A stretch of DNA of 63,880 nt, filler included, from an uncultured Acidimicrobiia bacterium (GTDB taxonomy: Bacteria > Actinomycetota > Acidimicrobiia > Spongiisociales > JAOTWH01): the NCBI GenBank assembly GCA_964347285.1. It is 8 parts of 8 records of this genome, joined end to end, with 100 filler letters (N's around TTAATTAATTAA, not from the genome) between each part and the next. Parts side by side here need not be neighbours in the genome. Positions count along the whole stretch, not along the records: positions 1 to 8,787 come from CAYFYE010000096.1; 7 more parts are not named here. One strand, written 5' to 3'. The notes beneath the pieces were generated by a model, which saw only the letters and a list, made by a program, of their open reading frames with translations, was not told the DNA's origin and made no database searches. Positions 1-8,887 of this stretch are shown here, piece by piece. The position numbers and the translations under genes are program-made. Position 1 is the stretch's first letter, and each line of letters opens with the position of its first letter.

Positions 1-544
1 CGGACAGCTCGGCATCGAAACTGGTCCCCCGGTAGACGTAGCCGGCTCCGTTGACGCCGACCGTGGCACAGATGTCGAGGGGGTGTTCCAGGTTCCCGCC
101 CGGAGTGGTGGACGTAATCGCCCCTTCCGGTGTGGTCGTCGAGTGCTGGCCGCCGGTCATCCCGAAGTTGAAGTTGTTGAAGACCAGCACGGTGATGCCG
201 ATGTTGCGGCGAGCGGCGTTGATGAGGTGGGTGCCGCCGATGCCGGTACCCCCGTCGCCCATGATCACGATCACCGTCAAGTCGGGTTGGGCCAGCTTGA
301 TGCCGGTGGCATAGGTGACGCTTCGGCCGTGCAGGCCGTGGAAGGCGCTGGTCGTGAAGTACTGGTCAGACAAGCCGGCGCACCCGATGTCGCTGACGAT
401 CACGACCTGGGCCGGATCGAGCGCTGCCCTGGTCAACGCCCCGTCCAGCCGGTCGAGAATGCCGCCATGCCCACATCCCGGGCAGAACGGATACGGCGTT
501 TCGTTTCGGTAACTGCCGAGGGGAGTGATGGTGGTGTCCGTCAT
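1..544 (-). CDS. korB: 2-oxoacid:ferredoxin oxidoreductase beta subunit (3' end runs off the window)
   Basis: Not in the ORF track; translated by hand as MTDTTITPLGSYRNETPYPFCPGCGHG...SDIGC...HGLHGR...MGDGG...NNFNFGMTGGQ (TPP-binding motifs). ATG overlaps the alpha-subunit stop (ATGA). Confidence 0.93.
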   Translation of the reverse strand, partial: MTDTTITPLGSYRNETPYPFCPGCGHGGILDRLDGALTRAALDPAQVVIVSDIGCAGLSDQYFTTSAFHGLHGRSVTYATGIKLAQPDLTVIVIMGDGGTGIGGTHLINAARRNIGITVLVFNNFNFGMTGGQHSTTTPEGAITSTTPGGNLEHPLDICATVGVNGAGYVYRGTSFDAELS

Positions 545-1644
545 TCCAGCACCTCGAGAATCTCTTCGGGACCGATCATGTCGCCGTCCACACGATTGAC
601 GCCTACCACCCGGCGATCTGGTGCCAGCAGTTCGATCTCCCTGCGGTAGAGCCCCAAGTTGAGCTCGGCCACCACGATCCGCCCCACACCGGTCAGGGCC
701 CGCTCGATCGCCGTCTGCGGCACCGGCCACAAGCTTTGCACCACCATTCCCGAAACCTTCTCTCCGCCGGCACGGGCCAGCCTCACCGCCCTTCGTACCG
801 CGCCGCCGGTGATCCCGTAGCCGAGCAGCAACGTCGCCGCGCCCGGCTGCAGGTCGACGTCGACCATTTCGATCTCGTCGCGATGCAGCTCGATCTTGGC
901 CGCCAGGTGTCGGTTGAGAGCGTCGACGGTGGGCGGGTGCTTGGTGATGTAGCCCTCCTCGTTGTGAGTCGAGCCCGTGAACCTCACGGTGCCGGCGCCG
1001 CCGTACTCATGGAGAGGAAACACTTCGTCCGCCGGCTGGTAGCGATAGGGCGGCCCGTCCGTTGTGGTCTTCCGGGACCGCACCTCCACCTCCGGGTACG
1101 AGGAGAGGTCGACCGTGGTGAGGGTCGTGGCGATCTCTTTGTCGGTCAGCAGGAATACCGGACAGCGAAAGCGCTCGGCGAGGTCGAAGGCCTTGGCCGA
1201 AAGGACGTACGACTCCGGCACGGTCGAGGGGGCCAGGGCGATGATGGGGTATCCGCCGGCCGTTCCCCAGCGCACGAACTGCACGTCTCCCTGGGAAACG
1301 GTTGTGGCGCCGCCGGTCGAGGGCCCCAGGCGCTGCACGTCGACGATGACGAGCGGAACCTCGCCGATGATGGCCAGGCCGATGCTCTCGCTGTACAGGC
1401 TGATCCCCGGTCCGCTCGTGGCCGTCATGGCTCGGGCTCCGGCCAGGGTGGCACCGATGCACATGCCGATCGAAGCCATCTCGTCCTCGCCTTGCACGGC
1501 GATACCGCCGACCTTGGGCAGTTCCCGCATCATGGCCATGAGGATCGGTGACGCTGGCGTGATCGGATAGCCGGCGAAGAACGTACACCCGGCGTCGAGG
1601 GCACCCCGCACAATTGCGGTCGACCCGTCTACGTACTCACGCAT
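541..1644 (-). CDS. korA: 2-oxoacid:ferredoxin oxidoreductase alpha subunit
   Basis: Motifs AGYPITP, EDEMAS, TATSGPG, DVQRLGPSTG and ELNLG; likely start MREYVDG at 1644. Confidence 0.93.
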   Translation of the reverse strand: MREYVDGSTAIVRGALDAGCTFFAGYPITPASPILMAMMRELPKVGGIAVQGEDEMASIGMCIGATLAGARAMTATSGPGISLYSESIGLAIIGEVPLVIVDVQRLGPSTGGATTVSQGDVQFVRWGTAGGYPIIALAPSTVPESYVLSAKAFDLAERFRCPVFLLTDKEIATTLTTVDLSSYPEVEVRSRKTTTDGPPYRYQPADEVFPLHEYGGAGTVRFTGSTHNEEGYITKHPPTVDALNRHLAAKIELHRDEIEMVDVDLQPGAATLLLGYGITGGAVRRAVRLARAGGEKVSGMVVQSLWPVPQTAIERALTGVGRIVVAELNLGLYRREIELLAPDRRVVGVNRVDGDMIGPEEILEVLE

Positions 1645-1699
1645 GAGGCTCCCTTGCGAACCGAGCCCATTCTCAGCCGATCGCCTCGCCCGCGGGTAG

Positions 1700-1980
1700 G
1701 GACGAACGGCACTAACTACGCGGTCCATCCCGGAGATCTCTACGCGCTGCGGCGTCGGTCGACTTCCTACTCCCCGGCTGGTAGCTCCTGCGGGTGGGCT
1801 GCTGCGAGCTTCGGCCGCTCACTCGTCCTTGCCAACGCCCTCGGCGCCTTCTCCACACGTTATGGCTTCTGGTGGCGCTTCGGGTCGAGCAAGTGTCGCC
1901 GGGCCGCTCGCCGGAACCACGTCCGGCTTCCGGCCGCCCAAGGCGAGCGGCGGCCGGTCCCGGTCCCGAGTCCTGCTGAA
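1700..1980 (+). pseudogene. Decayed, internally deleted copy of the MFS gene at 4549-5685
   Basis: CATCCCGGAGATCTCTAC at 1726-1743 equals 4656-4673; further shared blocks such as CTCGTCCTTGCCAACGCCCTC, TGGCTTCTGGTGGCGCT and ACCACGTCCGGC occur in colinear order with deletions. Confidence 0.85.
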
Positions 1981-1988
1981 TCGGCTGG

Positions 1989-3425
1989 CTACGGCGGCAC
2001 TTGAGGCCCGTGGAGTTGGGCGAGCTGCCCTCGCGCCGCAGCGCCATGGCCGGGAACACGGCCCGCCGCCTCGGTGTGCGCCAGGCCGACCCCGGCCCCC
2101 ATGAGAACCCAGAACGTCCATGACCCGGCAACCTCTGCCGTCATGAACGCGTCGGTGACCACATGCCCGGTCACAGTCGCCAGGAGCGCAACAAAGGCCA
2201 GGCGAGTCCAGGTGGTCGCGGCACTGCGTATGGCGCGGGTGAACATCACTACGACGCCACCGATGATGGCCAGGTAGGCAGCCAGGGCCGGAAACCCCGC
2301 CCCGGCCGCGGTCGCCAGATACACGTTGTGGGGGCTCTCGGGCCTGAAATGCCGCAGTGCCTCGGCGTGGTACGGGTCCAGAGTCGCGTCTCGGTAGCCG
2401 TCGAACAACAGGGGATAGGTCTCCTGGCCCGCACCCAGCAGTGGATGATCGATGGCGATCGCGGTGCCCACCTCCCACAACGCCAGATGCTGGCGGATAT
2501 CGAAGCTGTCGAGTTCCGCTGCCGACCGGGCCCGATCCCACACCTCGGACACGGCCTCACGCGCCGGAGCAAGAAGCGCCCCGGCCACCACGGCCGCAAC
2601 CAACACGACAGCGGCGGCCCTCAGATCCTTCGACTGCACGCGCCAACGACGCGCCGTCACAACCGCGACGACGAGAGCCGCCGCCACAAACGCCAGATAA
2701 CCGGCGCGGCTCATGGTGAAGGCCAGAGCGGCGACCATGGCGAGTACCCCGCCGATGATCATCCATACCGTCCACCTCCGTCGGCACCGCCAAGCGAGAA
2801 CTGCCAGGGACGGTATGGCCAAGAGCAGGAATGCGGCCAACCAATTCGGCTGCCCCAGCGTCGACGTCACCCTCCCTTGGGGCAGGGCGTCCCAGATCGG
2901 GTCACCGCCGGCCCTTTGCAGCAAGGCATAGGCGCCAGCCACTGCTCCCGCAACGCCGACGGCTCCAAAGAGAACAGCGAACCGGCGCTCTGACAGGAAG
3001 GTCATCCGCGCCAGGTAGAACGAGGCCACATACAGCAAGATCGTCAAGAGCCCTTGCCACTGCAGGCGCTCGCCGAAGAAGCTTTGCGTCCGATCGACAG
3101 AGGCCGCCAAGGCGGCCACATTCAGGGCAACGTAGACGAGAAGGGCGACGTCGAGCCAGCCCGGACGGATCATCCCCCGAATCCCACTCGACAGGAACCG
3201 CATCGCCAGCGGAATCAGCGCCGCAATGACGGCCACCCGGAGCCCAATCGCCTTTGGAAGCGCGAACGTGTCTTCCACCCCGGTGAAGAAGACGAGCGGC
3301 AACAGCACCGAAGCCGAAGCCAACAGCGCGGTCAAGAGCACGTCGGCCCACGCCGCCAGGCTCAGGGCGTGTCGCTCATTCGCACCGACGGCGGCGGCTG
3401 CCTGAGAATCACCGAGGCCGGCCAT
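1989..3425 (-). CDS. O-antigen ligase (Wzy_C) family GT-C membrane protein
   Basis: Many TM segments; motifs RVTSTLGQPNWLA, FTMSRAG, DHPLLGAG and ESPHNVYL. Start uncertain (3425, 3479 or further upstream). Confidence 0.85.
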   Translation of the reverse strand: MAGLGDSQAAAAVGANERHALSLAAWADVLLTALLASASVLLPLVFFTGVEDTFALPKAIGLRVAVIAALIPLAMRFLSSGIRGMIRPGWLDVALLVYVALNVAALAASVDRTQSFFGERLQWQGLLTILLYVASFYLARMTFLSERRFAVLFGAVGVAGAVAGAYALLQRAGGDPIWDALPQGRVTSTLGQPNWLAAFLLLAIPSLAVLAWRCRRRWTVWMIIGGVLAMVAALAFTMSRAGYLAFVAAALVVAVVTARRWRVQSKDLRAAAVVLVAAVVAGALLAPAREAVSEVWDRARSAAELDSFDIRQHLALWEVGTAIAIDHPLLGAGQETYPLLFDGYRDATLDPYHAEALRHFRPESPHNVYLATAAGAGFPALAAYLAIIGGVVVMFTRAIRSAATTWTRLAFVALLATVTGHVVTDAFMTAEVAGSWTFWVLMGAGVGLAHTEAAGRVPGHGAAARGQLAQLHGPQVPP

Positions 3426-3552
3426 CACGAAGCGCTGTGAGAGGAAGCTCGAATGGCCCGGTCCCCAGCCGCCACTCATGATCGGGCCACGCAGGTCCCG
3501 ACTTGGCAGCCCAACCGGGCCTCTGGTCCGCAAGGGCACTCCTGGCGAGCCG

Positions 3553-4146
3553 TCACTCTCCAGCTCGGCCCGTACCGGCGAGTCCGGCCGGGCATTCACC
3601 CTCGAGGCCGGGCGGACCGTCGCCGCCGAGCCCGGGTGCACCTACGCCGCCGCGTCCGGGCGGGCCGTCTTCGCCCAGCCCGGGTGGGCATTCACCCTCG
3701 AGGCCGGGCACACCGGATTCTTCGAGCCCGGGCGGGCCTTCTCCATGGAGCCCGGGCGGGCCGTCGTCCGGGGGTCCCGCGGGGGGATCGATCGGCGGGC
3801 GATCGGCCGGCGGTCCGACGGGAGGATCGATCGGCGGGCGATCGGCCGGCGGTCCGACGGGAGGATCGACCGGCGGACGATCGTCTGGAGATCCCACCGG
3901 AGGACTCAGCGGCGGACGATCGTCTGGAGGTCCCACCGGAGGACTCAGCGGCGGGCGATCGTCTGGAGGTCCCACCGGAGGACTCAGCGGCGGGCGATCG
4001 TCTGGAGGTCCTGCAGCAGCGAAAGCCAGTGGCGCAAGAAGACCCGCCACCGCGACAACGGACACGACGAGTAGCCCCCTTGTCAGAAACCCGTCCAGCC
4101 CCCACAGGCGGTTTCGACCTCTCCTGGTGCTGCCATTCAACTTCAT
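3553..4146 (-). CDS. Secreted Pro/Gly-rich tandem-repeat protein
   Basis: Hydrophobic signal-like N-terminus ending LAFAAA, then about 6 x GPPDDRPPLSPPV-type and about 8 x GPPGLEGE-type repeats; RBS-like GGAGAG upstream. Confidence 0.7.
   Translation of the reverse strand: MKLNGSTRRGRNRLWGLDGFLTRGLLVVSVVAVAGLLAPLAFAAAGPPDDRPPLSPPVGPPDDRPPLSPPVGPPDDRPPLSPPVGSPDDRPPVDPPVGPPADRPPIDPPVGPPADRPPIDPPAGPPDDGPPGLHGEGPPGLEESGVPGLEGECPPGLGEDGPPGRGGVGAPGLGGDGPPGLEGECPAGLAGTGRAGE
3560..4012. repeat. 39-bp tandem repeats (about 3765-4012) and degenerate 24-bp repeats (about 3560-3765)
   Basis: Directly visible units, e.g. GATCGTCTGGAGGTCCCACCGGAGGACTCAGCGGCGGGC and GGCATTCACCCTCGAGGCCGGGC. Confidence 0.92.
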
Positions 4147-4177
4147 CCCACTCTCTCCCGTCGTAGGAGTTCCCGCT

Positions 4178-4206
4178 AGACTACTATGAGTAGTAGAACA
4201 TCGCAA
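4178..4206 (-). promoter_or_regulatory. Putative sigma70-type promoter for the repeat-protein/ligase cassette
   Basis: Minus strand TTGCGA-N17-TAGTCT about 30 nt upstream of the ATG at 4146; a short inverted repeat CTACT-ATG-AGTAG overlaps the -10 and spacer. Confidence 0.5.
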
Positions 4207-4304
4207 AAAGTAGCTGCGGCAGTCCCGGCGCCGATAAACCGCCCGGGAGGCCGCGCTCTCCAGCGATGGCGGCCAAGCAGGATGTTTCGGCGCCGGCGCC
4301 CGCA

Positions 4305-4510
4305 CCGATGATGGCCGCGCCGATGCTCCCGCGTACAGGCTGATCCCCGGTCCACCCTCATGGCGGAGGCTCGGGCCGGAGTGGCGCCGACGCACTTGCC
4401 GACCGGGGCCATCCCGCCCTCTGAGCGATCGCTGGTACCCACGAACGGCATCGATCTTGCGGTCCATGCCGGCCCACCGCCCCGATGGCGGCACCCCGTG
4501 ATGACGGTCG
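4305..4510 (-). pseudogene. Decayed copy of the 5' part of the oxidoreductase alpha gene
   Basis: GTACAGGCTGATCCCCGGTCC at 4333-4353 is identical to 1393-1413; flanks match 1364-1480 with substitutions and deletions. Confidence 0.82.
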
Positions 4511-4548
4511 CCGAATGGAAACACACGACCGGGTGAGAGAATCCACCG

Positions 4549-5685
4549 GTGTTCGGACCCGCCCGCCTCCTATACGCCTTCCGCCCCCGGGCGCCGCTCG
4601 GGATCTTGACCGGTGCCGCCGCAGTGGGGACGATGTACGTTGCCACCCCGTTTCTCATCCCGGAGATCTCTACTCGCTACGGCGTTTCCGAGGGACTGGC
4701 GGGCGCGATATCGGTGGCTCAGGTGGGCGCATTCGCCGCCGCCAACTTCCTACTCCCCCGGCTGGTAGCCCCTTCGGGTGGGCTACTGCGAGCTTCGGCC
4801 GCTGCCCTCGTCCTTGCCAACGCCCTCAGTGCCCTGACCGGCACGTTCTGGCTTCTGGTGGCGCTCCGGGTGGGAGCGGGCGTGGCTGCCGGGGCGATCA
4901 CCTGGGTGGCATGGGACGACGCCATGCGGCAGCCTCACTCGCTGGCTGCAGTGGCGGCCGCCGGGCCGGTCACGGCTCTCGTCGCAGCACCAGTTCTGGC
5001 CGCGGTTGCCGAGTCGGGAGACCGGGCCGTCTACCTCACGCTGGCCCTCGCCACCGTCCCCGCCGCGCTTCTTCCCGTTACCACGTCCGGCCTCGGTTCG
5101 CGAGAGGGGAGCGTCAGCCGTTCCCGGTCCAATCGCGTCCTGCTGGCCGCGCTGTTCCTGCTCACTTTCGCCGGATCCGGCCTGTTCGTCTACCAGGCGG
5201 TGGCGGCCCGCGAGGTCCTGGACTTGAGCCCCGTCGTCACCTCTTTCGCTTTCAGCCTCAACTCGGCCGGTGGGCTGCTGGGGGCACGACTCTCGGCCCG
5301 CCACCGTCGGCCGGGATGGTGGCTGGCCTCGGCCGGGCCGGCCGCCTATCTCACCATCGGCGGCGGCCACCCGGCGTTCTTCTTCCTGGGAATGGCGTGG
5401 TGGGGGTTCGCCTTCTGGATGGGAGTGCCGGGGGTGCTGCAGATGCTGGCGGCGAGATCTCTCGAACCGGGCGAGCGGGCCGGGGATGCTCAGGGTCTCA
5501 TGGCGGTAGGCCGTGCCCTGGGGCCGGCGCTGGGGGGCGGTCTGGCCGATACCGGGGCCTACACCGCGATGGCGGCCGTGGCCGGAGTGGGAATCTCGTC
5601 GGCGGGCATCACGGTGATCGGAGTGCAGGAGGGACGTGATCGCCTCCCGCCCACCGATCCCCGCACGATTCGGCCGCAGCCGTGA
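4549..5685 (+). CDS. MFS-like membrane transporter
   Basis: 378 aa with about 11-12 hydrophobic segments and MFS-like spacing (LVALRVGAGVAAG; GRALGPALGG). Confidence 0.75.
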   Translation: MFGPARLLYAFRPRAPLGILTGAAAVGTMYVATPFLIPEISTRYGVSEGLAGAISVAQVGAFAAANFLLPRLVAPSGGLLRASAAALVLANALSALTGTFWLLVALRVGAGVAAGAITWVAWDDAMRQPHSLAAVAAAGPVTALVAAPVLAAVAESGDRAVYLTLALATVPAALLPVTTSGLGSREGSVSRSRSNRVLLAALFLLTFAGSGLFVYQAVAAREVLDLSPVVTSFAFSLNSAGGLLGARLSARHRRPGWWLASAGPAAYLTIGGGHPAFFFLGMAWWGFAFWMGVPGVLQMLAARSLEPGERAGDAQGLMAVGRALGPALGGGLADTGAYTAMAAVAGVGISSAGITVIGVQEGRDRLPPTDPRTIRPQP

Positions 5686-5840
5686 CCTCAGCGCTTCGGC
5701 GCCGCCTCCGGACGGGCACCTCCCTCGCCGGCCGCACGGGTCGATTCAGGGCGGGGCCCAAGCGAGTCACATGGAGGCACGGACGCTCCCGGGTGGAGCG
5801 ATCTGTTCCATTCGCCCCCACCCTCGCCTCCTCTGTTGCC

Positions 5841-6665
5841 TCACTCGAGCTGGAGCTTCCCGGGATGTGGGCCGGGAACCGGCGACCCCAGGAAGGACTC
5901 GACGGCCGCCAGCAGCGCCGCCGGCTGCTGAAGCTGGGGACAGTGGCCGCAGTCACTCAGCACGACCCGGCGAGCATCCCGAATGCCGTCCGCCAGCTCT
6001 TCGGCCATCTTCGGCGGAGTGGTCTCGTCGTCGGCACCGACGATCACCAGGGTCGGGTTGCGTATCGATCCCAGACCAGAACGGAGGTCCATGGCGGCCA
6101 GGGCCCGGCAGGCCACCCCGAACGCGCCGGGATCGACCTCGATCAGCGCCTCACGCCGCTCTTCGATCACCTCGGGGTGCTGCTCCAGGTAATGGACGGG
6201 AAACATGCGCCTCACGGCCGCGTCGACCACGGCTTCCATGCCGCCCTCCTCGACCAGGCGACTCATCGTGCCGAAGCCCGCCGCCCGCTCGAACGAGAAG
6301 ACCGCCCCGCAGCTAGTGGCCACCAGTTTGCCGAAACGCTCGCCGTAGCGGATCGCCAGGGCGACGGCCGCGGAACCGCCGAGCCCGTTGCCCAACACCG
6401 CCGTGTCGGGGCCCAGCTCGAGTTCCACCAACACACCGGCCAACAGGTCGGCGAAGGCGCCTATGCCGGGCTTGTCCTGCTCCAGGGGCGTCGAGCGGCC
6501 GAACCCTGGTAAGGAAACGCGGCACACCACGTGCCGGCTCGCCAGGGCCGGCACGATGAGGTCGAAGGACCTTGCATCAGTGAAAAGGGAGTGCACCAGG
6601 ACGATCGGCGGCCCTTTGCCTTCCAACTCGACCTCGACGCGGCCGCCCTTCACCTCAATTTCCAC
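5841..6665 (-). CDS. Alpha/beta hydrolase fold protein (enol-lactonase-like) with an atypical GNGLGG elbow
   Basis: VLVHSL, SLPGFGRS, PTLVIVGADDETTP and CGHCPQLQQP; GTG start at 6665 preceded by GGAGGAG. Confidence 0.85.
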   Translation of the reverse strand: MEIEVKGGRVEVELEGKGPPIVLVHSLFTDARSFDLIVPALASRHVVCRVSLPGFGRSTPLEQDKPGIGAFADLLAGVLVELELGPDTAVLGNGLGGSAAVALAIRYGERFGKLVATSCGAVFSFERAAGFGTMSRLVEEGGMEAVVDAAVRRMFPVHYLEQHPEVIEERREALIEVDPGAFGVACRALAAMDLRSGLGSIRNPTLVIVGADDETTPPKMAEELADGIRDARRVVLSDCGHCPQLQQPAALLAAVESFLGSPVPGPHPGKLQLE

Positions 6666-6869
6666 GGCTCCTCCTCCGAATTGTTCTGTCGGGCCTTCGC
6701 CGGGGTTGGGCGCCTCGGAGTCTGGCACGCCCAGCCATCGTCTCCTCTTACCCGAGAGTCACGGACCGGCCCACCGGGAGGAGGGATTCCTCCAACCGGT
6801 TCTCCCGGGCCACCGTCAGCGCGATGTCGCGTGTGGCAATCTCATCCCGACGAGCCGGAGGACCGAAAG

Positions 6870-7685
6870 ATGAAGACTTCGTTCAAGACCACTCCCATGA
6901 ATTCCGATTGGCCCGCGAATCGCGACGTGTGGAAGGCGGCCGACGAGGCTGACGTGTTCGTAGGCGGCTGGACTTTCGACCACTTCATGCCGTTGCGGGG
7001 CAACGAGGAAGGCCCTTGTTTGGAGGGCTGAGTGTTGCTGGCGTCACTGGCCACCGTCACCTCACGCCTGAGACTGGGGGTCATGGTCACCGGGAACACC
7101 TACCGGCATCCCGCGGTACTGGCCAACATGGCGGCGACGCTGGACGTCGTTTCCAGCGGGCGGCTCGATCTCGGGATCGGTGCGGGATGGTTTGCCAAAG
7201 AGCACGAGGCCTACGGAATCGACCTTCCCCCGTTGAAGGAGCAATTCGATCGGTTCGACGAGGCGGTCGAGGTGATCCATCTGTTGCTGACCGAGCAGGT
7301 GAGCAATTTCGAGGGTGAGCACCACCAATTGCGCAACGCCCGCTGTGAACCCAAGGAAGTGCAACGACCTCGGCCCCCGATCGTGATCGGTGGCGGGGGC
7401 GAGAAGCGGACCCTACGCACGGCCGCCCGCCGGGCAGATCACTGGAACTTCCCCAGTATGGACTTCGATATCGCCTCCTTCCGCCGCAAGATGGAGGTGC
7501 CGGAGATGTGGTGCGAGACGGTCGGCCGACCCTTCGACGACATCGAGAAGTCGATCCAGATCGCAGCCGGCGACATTGCATCGCTGCCGGACCGCCTCGG
7601 CCGGGCCGCCGAGGCGGGAGCGGATCACGTAGTCATCGGACTACCCCGCCCCCCACCGGGTCAACGACCTTATCGCAGTCGCTGA
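6870..7685 (+). pseudogene. LLM-class F420-dependent oxidoreductase interrupted by an in-frame TGA
   Basis: MKTSFKT...WTFDHFMP...CLEG*VLLASLA...MVTGNTYRHPAVLANMAATLD; TGA at 7029-7031 sits where Trp (EGW) is expected; C-terminus looks frameshifted. Confidence 0.82.
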
Positions 7686-7822
7686 GGCGGTAGAGGCCTG
7701 ATCCGGGCCTCGAAACATCTCGGCGCCGATCGCCCGACACGAAGATCTGGGCCTTGGTACCTGCGACGCCCGGATCTGCAATCACCTAGGATCCGGCAAG
7801 CTCGAGACAAGGGAGGAACAGC

Positions 7823-8218
7823 ATGAGCGAGCATCCCAATGTCGAACTGGCCCGCCGCGGCTATGCCGCCTTCGGGTCGGGAGACATGGACACACTCACC
7901 GAGCTCATCGCCGAAGATGCCGTGTGGCACGTCGGAGGGCGCAGCGATCTATCCGGTGATTACAAGGGTCGCGAGGCGATCTTCGGCCTGTTCGCCCAGA
8001 TCGCCCAGCGCAGCGAGGGAACGTTCTCGCTCGAGATCCACGACATCTTGGCCAATGACGATCACGCCGTGGTGCTGACCAAGGTCACAGCCGGTGGGTC
8101 GAGCGGCAAGACACTTTCCGGTCAGACCGCCGACACTTCCCATATTCGGAACGGCCAGGTCGTGGAGTTCTGGTCGTTCAACTCCGACCCCTACGCCTGG
8201 GACGAGTACTTCTCCTAG
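7823..8218 (+). CDS. SnoaL-like / NTF2 family protein
   Basis: RRGYAAFGSGDMD...AEDAVWHVGGRS.LSGDYKGREA; strong RBS GGGAGG. Confidence 0.88.
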   Translation: MSEHPNVELARRGYAAFGSGDMDTLTELIAEDAVWHVGGRSDLSGDYKGREAIFGLFAQIAQRSEGTFSLEIHDILANDDHAVVLTKVTAGGSSGKTLSGQTADTSHIRNGQVVEFWSFNSDPYAWDEYFS

Positions 8219-8434
8219 GTCTCCGGGCGGCGAGCCGACACCAACCGGGTCCTGACCTCGGACGGTGCTCGCGAGCTGTTCGAATGAGGCGTGAACGCTC
8301 GGCCCACCCCAGCCGTGTGGTCGGGCGCGGCCTCCTCTGGATGGGATCGGCGGCGGTCGCATAGTCGGCTCGACGGCAGTCGGCCTCAGCTCTCGGTCGC
8401 CGACACCGCCCCGGCCTTCATACCCTACGGGGGG

Positions 8435-8656
8435 ATGGAGGCCTGGAAGATCTGGGTGTTGATCGGAGGAGCCGCCCTGCTCATCGGACTGGCGTTGCGG
8501 TTCGCCCCCGGGCTGCTCTCGTGGTTCGGCCACCTACCCGGAGACATCCGAGTGGAGGGCCAACGCAGCACGTTCTTCGTTCCTATCACATCGATGATTG
8601 TGGTGAGCGTGCTGGCCACGATCGTGGTGAACATCGTATGGCGCTGCGGTAAGTGA
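8435..8656 (+). CDS. DUF2905-type small membrane protein
   Basis: WFGHLPGDIRVEG...FFVPITSMIVVS signature; ATG at 8435. Confidence 0.82.
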   Translation: MEAWKIWVLIGGAALLIGLALRFAPGLLSWFGHLPGDIRVEGQRSTFFVPITSMIVVSVLATIVVNIVWRCGK

Positions 8657-8787
8657 CGGCCCCGGGTCCACCTCATCTCATCGCCTGAAAACCTAGGCTG
8701 GCGCCGGAACGGTCTGGTCCCGTGCAGTGGCTCGCTGGTTCTTCCTTGCAGCTTTTCTCGCGCTTCTACCGAGCGCCTGCTCGGGCG

Positions 8788-8887
8788 NNNNNNNNNNNNN
8801 NNNNNNNNNNNNNNNNNNNNNNNNNNNNNNNTTAATTAATTAANNNNNNNNNNNNNNNNNNNNNNNNNNNNNNNNNNNNNNNNNNNN
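8788..8887. other. Artificial contig linker
   Basis: N44-TTAATTAATTAA-N44 with stops in all six frames. Confidence 0.99.

Noticed and set aside
3553..3765. Collagen-like domain
   Set aside because: Periodicity is 8 residues, not continuous Gly-X-Y.
3765..4012. 39-bp repeats as a CRISPR array
   Set aside because: Head-to-tail units without unique spacers, length a multiple of 3, inside an ORF, and no cas genes.
7029..7031. Selenocysteine or genetic-code reassignment at the in-frame TGA
   Set aside because: The position corresponds to Trp, not Cys; no evident SECIS; TGA is a normal stop in many other genes here.
8788..8887. TTAATTAATTAA palindrome recurring about every 8 kb within N runs
   Set aside because: Artificial six-frame-stop linker between contigs; gene adjacency across the seven linkers has no biological meaning.
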